Part shown: piece after piece, positions 29,895 through 38,505 of the stretch
Layout: each line of letters begins with the position of its first letter
Numbering within the stretch: position 1 is the stretch's first letter
Translations under genes and position numbers: made by a program
The notes under the pieces: model-generated
Databases searched by the model: none
What the model saw: only the letters and a program-made list of their open reading frames with translations
What the model was told of the DNA's origin: nothing
NCBI GenBank assembly: GCA_944391065.1
Contig: CALXSH010000005.1
Coordinates: 1,876 to 65,875 of the forward strand
Direction: 5' to 3'
Length of the DNA stretch: 64,000 nucleotides
Source of the DNA: an uncultured Kiritimatiellota bacterium
GTDB lineage: Bacteria > Verrucomicrobiota > Kiritimatiellia > RFP12 > DVOR01

Positions 29895-31678
29895 CTACTG
29901 CGCAGAGCGCTCCGTAAGCGGATACGGAAGTCTGGAGAAACTCCGGACAAACGGGAAACGCAGCAGTGCCCCCACAGAATCACAGACGGGAAAGGCCGAC
30001 GCAAGGCCCAATACCTCATCATCGGAGCCCGCGTGGGGATACAGGAACTGCCGATTGAGTCCGAGCCTCGGCATCAGCGGGTCCGACGACACCTTTATGC
30101 CTGCCACCCGCAGGCGTTCCCGCAATGTATAGGAGTCAATATCCTCAGATACGTACCAGGTATCGGAGACATCATGCAATCGCTCCAGTTGTTGCTGCCT
30201 GGCGACCTCCAATACCATCATTCTTCCTTGGTAGGCAACCGTCCGAATCAGAGTCAGCGAGGTCAGAGCGGCCACCCCAACGATGCAGACGATGCGAACC
30301 CATCGACAAACATAGCGGCGTATCCCCGGAAGAGGATTGGACAGGAGATTAAATCCTGCCAGAAACGGGATTACCCATATCTGCGGGAAATAACGGTTGT
30401 AGCCGATGTATTTCAGCGGAGCAAGATTGGAAACGGCAAACACGAAAAGGCAAAGCCAAAAAACGCTGTTCTTTTTTGAAAGAGCCAGCGCCACGGCACT
30501 TCCGAGAAGCATTATCCGAAACGCAGCCCCCATCCCGGCAACGCCTCCGGCCACAGCAAAAACCGGAGAAAAGTCAGGATTCCCGGAAACCATTCCGCCA
30601 AGATATACCGCCAGCGACGGTGAAATCCATGCGTACACTATTCTGGAGAGATACCCCATCGACAGCGCGTCCGCATTGCCCGTGAAATCAGCCGTGATGT
30701 CAACGGGCTCAATATTCGGATCAAACGTCAGCTCCGGATAAACCGGAGACCCGTACTGAATCCAAGAGGAAAGATACGGCGTGGCACCGGTGACAAGAAA
30801 AGCCGCCGCCCATCCGACCACTGCCCACCGATATATCGGACTGCACCTGCAAAGCCACCCCCCAAAACAATCAGCAACACGCTGAGCATCAGGCCGGTAC
30901 TCTTGGACAACGCACAGAAGAGCGCCGCCATGAAAAAAACCGCCGTATCATGAACCGTTACGGACTTCCGGAGCATCCACAGGGACAACAGGGCCGAACA
31001 AAGTGCGGCATACATCGTGTAATCTACCTGACCGGCCAGAAAACTGGTGATCTTCGCGGAAAAGGCCAAGGCCGCGGCAAAAACACAACGCCCCCCAGGG
31101 ACGCCCACATGGGGGAAAAAGCGATCATAAAAGCGTGCCGCAGTGACAAATAGCAGGTAAATCAGGACATAGCCGAGATAGGCATCCCCCGTCCAAAGCC
31201 CGGTCGCAGACGCGACAAAGGCGCCCACCAACGCACTTCCCTTAGGCAAAAAGAGCGTATGGTAGACGGAGCACCGCCCCAAATCGGCAATGGCCGAAAA
31301 CTTCTCCAACGTCGAGTCAAACAGCGGATTCCACCCCGTCCGAATTAAGTGCTGCATCGGGAAATGATAGTTAAGCGCATCCGTTCCCGTGTAGGAGAAC
31401 GTAAAGGCCGTCAGCACCAAAAAGCAAGCCGTCCATCCCCAGTAGGCAAGCAGACGTCGCCGGGAATGAAACAAAGCCAGCAGAGACCCTCCCCAAAAAG
31501 CCACCCACATCGGAACCGGACCGCAGGGAACCCCGAAGAAAAATCCCAAACACCCAAGCATGAGCCCGACGGCCAGTGTGCCCGGCAACAATACAGACAG
31601 CCTGAGAATCTCCCTGTCACAACACGCCGCGCGCCATGCGGCACAGCGGCACAAGAACTCTCTGAGCAATGTTTTCAT
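29895..31678 (-). pseudogene. Polytopic membrane protein (possibly GT-C-like surface-glycan modifying enzyme) split by a frameshift at a G6 tract
   Basis: ORFs 30728..31678 and 29895..30821 join into one 594-aa frame if one G is added at the C6 run 30858-30863. Motifs DALNYHFP, SKSTG, PYLSSWIQYGSPVYP. AT-richer than its neighbours. Confidence 0.75.
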
Positions 31679-32169
31679 CCGGTCCCGTCCTTTTTGGGGG
31701 ACAGAGACGCAAAAAGGGCGTGCCTCCGTCCCACACATTTTTCTGGGAGGCCTACCACAGCCCTGAGAAAAAACATACGGGAGAAAGCACGCCCCGGGAA
31801 TGAACCCCAGGACGCACCTCCGCGATACGTTCGTTTTCTCAGTAGAAAGTGGTAGTTTCCCAGAAACGAAAGTATGCGTCTGACGCATCGGTTATGCGTT
31901 CAAGGGGGACGGGAGGGCCTAGCAGGCCACCGTCACGTCTCAAACTATGTGGCCCTATGATAACACATTTCCCGAAGTTACCTCACAGGCCCCATGGGCG
32001 AGAAGTGCGCAAATGCGGACGCACTCTGCTATTTCCGTAGCCCTGCGCACAGTTGCATGCCGTCCCCGATGCCACCCGATGACGGCTCCGCAGCAGTCCG
32101 GCGCGGACCGCGGCATGGGCCGTCTGCGACCTGCGGGCAAGCCATGCCGGACCCCGGATTCGGCAAAGT

Positions 32170-32270
32170 CCGACCTCTTGGGCTATAGCCCAAGAGGCGC
32201 TACCCCTATAGCCCAAGCACGTCTACCCCTATAGCCCAAGCGGTGCTACCCCTATAGCCCAAGAGGTCGG
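32170..32270. repeat. Array B: 4 copies of CTATAGCCCAAG at a 23-bp period within an 18-bp perfect inverted repeat
   Basis: Copies start at 32183, 32206, 32229 and 32252; CCGACCTCTTGGGCTATA (32170) and TATAGCCCAAGAGGTCGG (to 32270) are reverse complements. Confidence 0.92.
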
Positions 32271-32513
32271 GATTGGGGGAAGCCGCGATCCGCTTTTGGC
32301 GACACGGCGGTCGGAGTCCGGCAGGGTGGCTGTCGGGCCGCCCCGCGGTGCCCGCGGGAGCGCGGCGGCTTCCGAGGCGGCATACGGCAGACCGAACCGC
32401 GGTGCGCAGCAGGGGAGAATCTGTCCGGCGCGGTTGGCAGGGGGCGAAGCGCTGTGCTATAGTCCAGAAAGATTCCGGGTGCATTCCGCATCCGGCAGTG
32501 AGGACCGACACGC

Positions 32514-33812
32514 ATGAAACGCTTCCGCAAGCTGACGCTCTGTGCGCTCGCCGTGCTTTCGGGTGCCGCGCTTTTTGCCGGCGGCCCGGCAAGCAGGGGC
32601 GCCGAACCCGGCGTCTGGACGACGGACCTTGAGGCCGCCAAGGCGCTGGCCGCGGCCAAAAATCTGCCGGTGCTGCTCAATTTCACCGGCAGCGACTGGT
32701 GCCATTGGTGCAAAGAGATGGACCGGCTGGTCTTCTCGACGGATACCTGGCAGGCCTACGCCCGGGAGCACCTTGTCCTGGTCCTAATCGACAAGCCCAA
32801 AGACCGGTCCCTCACGACGCCCGAGCTTGAGGCGCTCAACGCCAAGCGCCGCGAGGAGTATGGCGTGAAGGGCTTCCCGACCTTCGTGATTCTGACACCG
32901 GACGGCCGGGAGGCGGGCCGCAGCAACGCCGAGCGCGGGGCCACGCCGGAGTCTTTCATCGAGGGTATCCGCCGGCATCTCGTCACGGCCGACATCGGGC
33001 AGTATCTCTCCGCGGAGGAGGCGGCCGAATATGCTTCGCTGACGGAGGCTCTCCAAGCGTGGCAGAAGCGGGCCGAGGAGGTCTACGCGCGGCACGATGC
33101 CCGCTTCCGCCCGCATATCGCCAAACGCGAGGCGCTGGACGCCGAGGGTGACGCCTTGGTCGACAAGGCGGTGGCCGCCGCCAACCGTCCCACCCTGGCC
33201 GACGCCGCCGGTACGCCGCCCGTGACCCCGACGGACGATTTCGGGGCCGCCAAAGCCCTGGCCCGCGAAAAGGGGCTGCCCATTCTGCTGCGGTTTGTCG
33301 GCAAATCGTGGTGTCCCTGGTGCCGGCAGATGGAGGAGCAGATCTTCCGGAAACCCGAGTGGCAGGCCTATGCCGCAAAATATCTGATCACCGTGGACGT
33401 CGATCTGCCCAAGGGAGACCGCGCGCCGGAGACGGAGGAGGAGCGGGCAAAGGCCGCCCTCTGCAAGGAATTCGGTCTGCGGGGCGTACCGTCGTATTTT
33501 GTGCTGACCCCCGAGGGCGTCAACTGCGGCATGTTCGGCGCGACCACGGAGGCCTCCCCGGAGACCGCCGTCCGGGACATCGACCGCCGTCTGGTGGCCT
33601 ACGACATCGGCCGCTATCTCTCGGAGGAGGATACCGCCCGCGTCAATGCCGTCCTCCGGGCCCAGGAGGCATGGCGCGAAGAGGCCAACCGCCTGTGGGC
33701 CGAGCACGAGATAGCCCGCAAGCCGCTTGATGCCGAATTCCAGACGCTGAACGGACGCCTGCGGGAGCTCCGCAGAAAGGCCTGCGAGGCCGCCGGCGTC
33801 AAGGCGGAATGA
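32514..33812 (+). CDS. Exported protein with two thioredoxin-like (DsbH/SoxW-type) domains
   Basis: Signal peptide; NFTGSDWCHWC and FVGKSWCPWC; GFPT / GVPS cis-Pro loops. Confidence 0.9.
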   Translation: MKRFRKLTLCALAVLSGAALFAGGPASRGAEPGVWTTDLEAAKALAAAKNLPVLLNFTGSDWCHWCKEMDRLVFSTDTWQAYAREHLVLVLIDKPKDRSLTTPELEALNAKRREEYGVKGFPTFVILTPDGREAGRSNAERGATPESFIEGIRRHLVTADIGQYLSAEEAAEYASLTEALQAWQKRAEEVYARHDARFRPHIAKREALDAEGDALVDKAVAAANRPTLADAAGTPPVTPTDDFGAAKALAREKGLPILLRFVGKSWCPWCRQMEEQIFRKPEWQAYAAKYLITVDVDLPKGDRAPETEEERAKAALCKEFGLRGVPSYFVLTPEGVNCGMFGATTEASPETAVRDIDRRLVAYDIGRYLSEEDTARVNAVLRAQEAWREEANRLWAEHEIARKPLDAEFQTLNGRLRELRRKACEAAGVKAE

Positions 33813-33868
33813 CCCGCCCCCTTTTCCCCAATCCCACACAATCCACAACAAACAGGAGAAACATCCCA

Positions 33869-34546
33869 ATGAGAACCAAACTGCTTTGCACCGCCTTCTT
33901 TGCCGCCGCCCTGAGCCTGACGGCCCTTGCCGCGCCCATGACCGAGGGCGCCGAGCCCGGCGTCTGGACCATGGACATGCCGGCCGCCCAAACGCTGGCC
34001 AAGGAGAAATCCCTGCCCATCCTCATCAACTTCACCGGCAGCGACTGGTGCGGCTGGTGCAAGCTGATGGACAAAAAGGTCTTCTCGCAGCAGGCGTGGC
34101 AGGATTACGCGAAGAAAAACGTGGTCACCGTCTGGGTCGATTCTCCCCGCGACAAGAGTCTGGTGCCGGAGGCGCTGCGTCCGAAGGCCGAGGCGCTGCG
34201 CGAGACTTATGACGTCCAGGGTTTCCCAACCTACGTGGTGCTGAATGCCGAGGGCAAGGAGCTCGGCCGCCTCGGTGCCAGCCAGGACGCCACACCGGAG
34301 TCCTTCATCGCCGAATTGCAGGGCGTCCTGATCCGCGACCGTCTGCCGGAGCTGCTCTCTGCCGAGGAGCTTGCGGAATTTGAGCAGATCGGCGAGGCCA
34401 AAGAGGCTCTGGAGAAGCGTCATGAGGCTCTGATGAAGGATATCGAAACGAAGATGACCGCCCTCCAGGAGGAATACATGAAGCTCGACACCCGCGAGCA
34501 GGAGCTGCTGAAAAAGGCCACCGAAAAAGCCAACAAGTCCAACTGA
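33869..34546 (+). CDS. Exported thioredoxin-like protein
   Basis: Signal peptide; NFTGSDWCGWC; GFPT; C-terminal coiled coil. Confidence 0.9.
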   Translation: MRTKLLCTAFFAAALSLTALAAPMTEGAEPGVWTMDMPAAQTLAKEKSLPILINFTGSDWCGWCKLMDKKVFSQQAWQDYAKKNVVTVWVDSPRDKSLVPEALRPKAEALRETYDVQGFPTYVVLNAEGKELGRLGASQDATPESFIAELQGVLIRDRLPELLSAEELAEFEQIGEAKEALEKRHEALMKDIETKMTALQEEYMKLDTREQELLKKATEKANKSN

Positions 34547-34568
34547 CCGCGCAGACTCGTGTCTGCAC

Positions 34569-34603
34569 ATTCGGCCGCCCGACCGGGCGGCCGAATTTTA
34601 TTT
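34569..34603 (+). terminator. Intrinsic terminator
   Basis: ATTCGGCCGCCC/GGGCGGCCGAAT stem followed by TTTATTT. Confidence 0.75.
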
Positions 34604-34687
34604 GTCCGGACTATGCTACAGTGGCGGCGTTCTGCCCGGGGCTTCCCGGGACATTCCTTAAACGTCATCCCGAAGGAGACTCCCACC

Positions 34688-35266
34688 ATGAACCGCCGAA
34701 TCCACACGACCGCCATGCCGGCCCTGCTGGCCGCTGCCGCGCTCTTTGCCTTCACCGCCTGCGACTGCCCGTGCACGGCCGACCAGGCCGCCGGACAGGA
34801 CACCCTCCCTGCCGCCGACCAAGACGAGACGCCGAAGACCGCGGCCAGAGCCGACGGGGCGCCGATGCTGGTCGGGGCCGAACCCGGTCTCTGGACCATG
34901 GACATCGATGCGGCCAAGGCGCTGGCCAAAGCGAAGAACCTGCCCCTGCTCATCAATTTCACCGGCAGTGACTGGTGCTCTTGGTGCAAGCTGATGGAGG
35001 AGAAGGTCTTCTCGCAGGAAACCTGGAAGGCCTATGCGAAGGAGAATGCCGTCCTGGTCTGGATTGATTTTCCGAAGGACCGCGCCAAACTCCCCGCCGG
35101 CATGGAGGGGCGCAATGCCGGGCTGGCGAAGACCTACGGCGTGCGCGGGTATCCGACCTTCGTGGTGCTGAGCCCCGAGGGCAAGGAAATCGGCCGTCTC
35201 GGCGCGAGCCGCGACGCCTCGCCCGAGAGCTTCATCGGGCAGCTGAATGGCATCACCGGCCGCTGA
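34688..35266 (+). CDS. Thioredoxin-like lipoprotein
   Basis: Lipobox FTAC; NFTGSDWCSWC; GYPT. Confidence 0.88.
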   Translation: MNRRIHTTAMPALLAAAALFAFTACDCPCTADQAAGQDTLPAADQDETPKTAARADGAPMLVGAEPGLWTMDIDAAKALAKAKNLPLLINFTGSDWCSWCKLMEEKVFSQETWKAYAKENAVLVWIDFPKDRAKLPAGMEGRNAGLAKTYGVRGYPTFVVLSPEGKEIGRLGASRDASPESFIGQLNGITGR

Positions 35267-35287
35267 AGCGCGCACCACTCCAGACAC

Positions 35288-35319
35288 AAAGGGACAGCCC
35301 GCTGGGGCTGTCCCTTTTT
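35288..35319. terminator. Terminator between convergent genes (possibly bidirectional)
   Basis: AAAGGGACAGCCC/GGGCTGTCCCTTT stem plus T run. Confidence 0.8.
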
Positions 35320-35342
35320 CGTGCCAGGAGCGTGAGGCGGCG

Positions 35343-35831
35343 TCACTCGACGGAGAGGACTTCGCCGTGGGAGAGGTGATACATCTTCTGATTGGAGGAG
35401 CCGCGGAAGCGCATGTTGAGCGTGCGGCGGGCAAGCATGAAGCGGCCGTCGACGAGGACGTCGATCTCATTGAGGAGGTCTTGGCACTCGGGTTTGCGGC
35501 GGAGTTCTTCGAGCGTCCAGCCGGAGTAGGCCATGACGGGGAGGTGCAGGCGGTGGCACCAGCGGGCAAGGTGGTAGAGGGGAAAGGGCTGGCAGAAGGG
35601 ATCGCCGCCGGAGAAGGTGACGCCGTCGAGATTCTCGCGGCAGTGCCAGATCTGACGCATAAGGGCGAGGAGGGTGACTTCGCGCCCGCCGCGGGGGTCG
35701 TGGGTCTGGGGATTGTGGCAGCCGGGGCAATTGTGGGGGCAGCCCTGCGTAAAGACGGCGAAACGAAACCCCGGGCCATCGACGATGGACTCGGGGATCG
35801 TTCCGGCGATGCGCAGGGTTACCAACGCCAC
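35343..35831 (-). CDS. nrdG: Anaerobic ribonucleotide reductase activating enzyme
   Basis: ESIVDGPGFR, QGCPHNCPGCHN, GVTFSGGDP, RGSSNQ. Confidence 0.96.
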   Translation of the reverse strand: MALVTLRIAGTIPESIVDGPGFRFAVFTQGCPHNCPGCHNPQTHDPRGGREVTLLALMRQIWHCRENLDGVTFSGGDPFCQPFPLYHLARWCHRLHLPVMAYSGWTLEELRRKPECQDLLNEIDVLVDGRFMLARRTLNMRFRGSSNQKMYHLSHGEVLSVE

Positions 35832-35839
35832 GGCACGCC

Positions 35840-38152
35840 TTACATGTGCTGGACACGGTCGCGGACTTCGGCGGCCTTGGCGTCGTTGAAGCGGTCGAGG
35901 GTACCGACGAGGTAGCCGGTGATGCGGCGGATGCGCTCGAAGCCGGGACCGTTTTCAAATTCCTTGCGGCCGCACTTGGGGCAGACGTCGTCGATGATGC
36001 CGCGGTAGCCGCAGACGGGGTCGCGGTCGAGGGGGTGATTGACAGAACCGTAACCGATGCCGCACTTGGCCATGTGGCGGACGACGCGCTCGAAGGCTTC
36101 GGGGTTGTCGGCCATTTTGCCATTGAGCTCGATGTAGGTGATGTGGCCGCCATTGGTGAGCGCGTGGTAAGGAGCCTCGATTTCGATCTTGCGGAAGGCG
36201 CTGATCGGGTAGTAGACCGGGACGTGGAAGGAGTTGGTGTAGTAGGCGCGGTCGGTGACCTCGGGGATGGTGCCGAAGCGCTTGCGGTCCATGCGGATGA
36301 AGCGGCCGGAGAGGCCTTCGGCGGGGGTCGCGATGACGGAGAAGTTGAGCCCCGTCTCTTGGCTGCAGCGGTCGGTGTATTCGCGCATATGGCGGACAAT
36401 CTCGAGACCGAGCTTCTGGGATTCCTCGCTCTCGCCGTGGTGCTTGCCGGTGAGGACCTTGAGGGTCTCGGCCAGGCCGATGAAGCCGATCGTCAGGGTG
36501 CCGTGGCGGATGACCTCGCGGACCTCATCGTCGGGACCGAGCTTCTCGGAGTCGAGCCAGATGCCCTGGCCCATGAGGAACGGGAAGTTGCGCACACGCT
36601 TGCGGCTCTGGACCTCGAGGCGGTCGAGGAGCTGGTCGCGGACGAGCTGGAGCATGTCGTCGAGCTGGGCGTAGAAGGTCTTGATGTTGCCGTGGCTCTG
36701 GAGGGCGAGGCGGGGGAGATTGATGGAGGTGAAGGAGAGGTTGCCGCGCTTCCAGACCTGGGCCTTGGAGGGGTCGTAGACGTTGTCGCCGACGCGGGTA
36801 CGGCAGCCCATGTAGGAGATCTCGGTCTCGGGGTGGCCTTCCTTGTAGAGGGCGGCATTGAAGGGGGCGTCCTGGAAAGCAAAGTTCGGGAAGAGGCGTT
36901 CGGCGCTGACCTCGCAGGCAAGCTTGAAGAGGTCGTAGTTGGGGTCGCCGGGATTGAAGCTGACGCCGGCCTTCACGCGGAAAATCTGAATCGGGAAGAT
37001 GGGCGTCTCGCCGTCGCCGAGGCCGGCCTGGGTGGTGAGGAGGAGGTTCTTGACGACCATGCGGCCTTCGGGGGAGGTGTCGGTGCCGTAGTTGATCGAG
37101 GAGAAGGGCGTCTGGGCGCCGGCGCGGGAGTGCATGGAGTTGAGGTTATGCACGAGCGCCTCCATGGCCTGGTAGGTGTCGCGGTCCGTCTGACGGTAAG
37201 CGTGCTCGCGGGTGAAGGCCTGGATCTTGGCGACGGTGTCGGCGTCGATGCCGGCCTCGGTGAGGACGCGGGCCTCAGCGGTGCGGACGGCTTCGTCGTC
37301 GCAGGTGGACATCGTCGGAGGTTCGGGCAGGGTGACCTTCTCGGCGAGCTCAGGGGAGGCGAGGAGTTCGATGGCTTCGCGCATGCAGGCCTTGTAGTGG
37401 CGGGCATAGGTCATGCGCACGCCGATGGCCATGGCGAGGTCGAAGTTGGGGATAGCCTGGCCGCCGTGCTGGTCATTCTGGTTGGACTGGATGGCGATGC
37501 AGGCGAGGGCGGCGAAGGAACGGATGTCCTTCGGCGGACGGAGGAAACCGTGACCGGTGGAGAAGCCGCGGGTGAGCAGGTCGACGAGATCGATCTGGCA
37601 GCAGGTCATCGTCAGAGAGTAGAAATCCAGATCGTGGATATGGATATCGCCCTGCTCGTGGGCTCGGGCAATGTCCGGGCGGAGCATATTGTCGATGTAG
37701 TAGCGCTTGGCGGATTCGGAACCGAACTTGAGCATGGAGCCCATGGCGGTGTCGCCGTCGATATTGGCGTTCTCGCGCTTGATGTCGGAGTCCTTGGCGG
37801 AGGCGTTGACGATGTCGCCGAGGGTGCGCATAAGCTGGGTGTTGCGCTCGCGGGCGCGGCTGCGGTCGGCGCGGTAGAGAATGTAGCTCTTGGCGGTGTC
37901 GGGGAGGCTGTTCTCCATCAGCACGCGCTCGACGGCGTCCTGAATCTCCTCAATGCCGGGTTCTTCCTTATCCAGGGTGCGGGCCGCTTCGGCGGCCAGC
38001 TTGTTGGCGAGGGCTTCGAGTTCGAAATCATCCTTGTCCCTAAGCGATTCGCTGCCGCGCGTGGTGCCGAGCGCCTTGAGAATGGCGAGCGCGATTTTGG
38101 AGAGATTGAACGGCACATGACGGCCGTCACGCTTGATGACTGATTTGACCAT
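35840..38152 (-). CDS. nrdD: Class III anaerobic ribonucleoside-triphosphate reductase
   Basis: ATP cone VIKRDG; IHIHDLDF, QHGGQ, YMGCR, TPAEG, CxxC zinc site, glycyl-radical RITGYL. Confidence 0.97.
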   Translation of the reverse strand: MVKSVIKRDGRHVPFNLSKIALAILKALGTTRGSESLRDKDDFELEALANKLAAEAARTLDKEEPGIEEIQDAVERVLMENSLPDTAKSYILYRADRSRARERNTQLMRTLGDIVNASAKDSDIKRENANIDGDTAMGSMLKFGSESAKRYYIDNMLRPDIARAHEQGDIHIHDLDFYSLTMTCCQIDLVDLLTRGFSTGHGFLRPPKDIRSFAALACIAIQSNQNDQHGGQAIPNFDLAMAIGVRMTYARHYKACMREAIELLASPELAEKVTLPEPPTMSTCDDEAVRTAEARVLTEAGIDADTVAKIQAFTREHAYRQTDRDTYQAMEALVHNLNSMHSRAGAQTPFSSINYGTDTSPEGRMVVKNLLLTTQAGLGDGETPIFPIQIFRVKAGVSFNPGDPNYDLFKLACEVSAERLFPNFAFQDAPFNAALYKEGHPETEISYMGCRTRVGDNVYDPSKAQVWKRGNLSFTSINLPRLALQSHGNIKTFYAQLDDMLQLVRDQLLDRLEVQSRKRVRNFPFLMGQGIWLDSEKLGPDDEVREVIRHGTLTIGFIGLAETLKVLTGKHHGESEESQKLGLEIVRHMREYTDRCSQETGLNFSVIATPAEGLSGRFIRMDRKRFGTIPEVTDRAYYTNSFHVPVYYPISAFRKIEIEAPYHALTNGGHITYIELNGKMADNPEAFERVVRHMAKCGIGYGSVNHPLDRDPVCGYRGIIDDVCPKCGRKEFENGPGFERIRRITGYLVGTLDRFNDAKAAEVRDRVQHM

Positions 38153-38272
38153 TGTTGCTTCCTGTCGCGAATTGTAAGAATTTAAAAGCGTCTGCCGTCC
38201 GTCGCGTCCTGCGACGCGTGCCACCGACCGGCAAAACGCTGTGGAGAATACCTCAAAGCACCCCTCACGTCA

Positions 38273-38316
38273 ACCATATAAAGGCACGTTTTCATAAGCA
38301 TAATACTACATATTGT
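38273..38316 (-). promoter_or_regulatory. Tandem NrdR boxes upstream of nrdD
   Basis: ACTACATATTGT (38305) matches the aCwAtATaTwGt consensus; a weaker ACCATATAAAGG lies 32 bp away (38273). Confidence 0.7.
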
Positions 38317-38505
38317 ATATTTAACCCATCCCTAAAAGATCTCGGCAGACCGTCCGACAGAGGTAAAAGCCTCTGTTTTCAGGGATTCCGCAGGGCCCCA
38401 AGGGGGAGGCCGCGGATGCAGGAAAAATATTTTTTGGGGCCGCTCTTGTCGGTTGGGCGGGGATGGCCGGGAAGGGCGCAACGGCGCGGTTGCGAGGGGG
38501 TTGCG

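Noticed and set aside
31690-31880. Open - strand frame with FLGNYHFLLRKR, faintly GtrA-like
   Set aside because: No start codon after the upstream stop and only a few matching residues
33809-33812. Possible fusion or readthrough of the first two thioredoxin genes at ATGA
   Set aside because: The frames differ and the second gene has its own RBS (AGGAGA) and signal peptide at 33869
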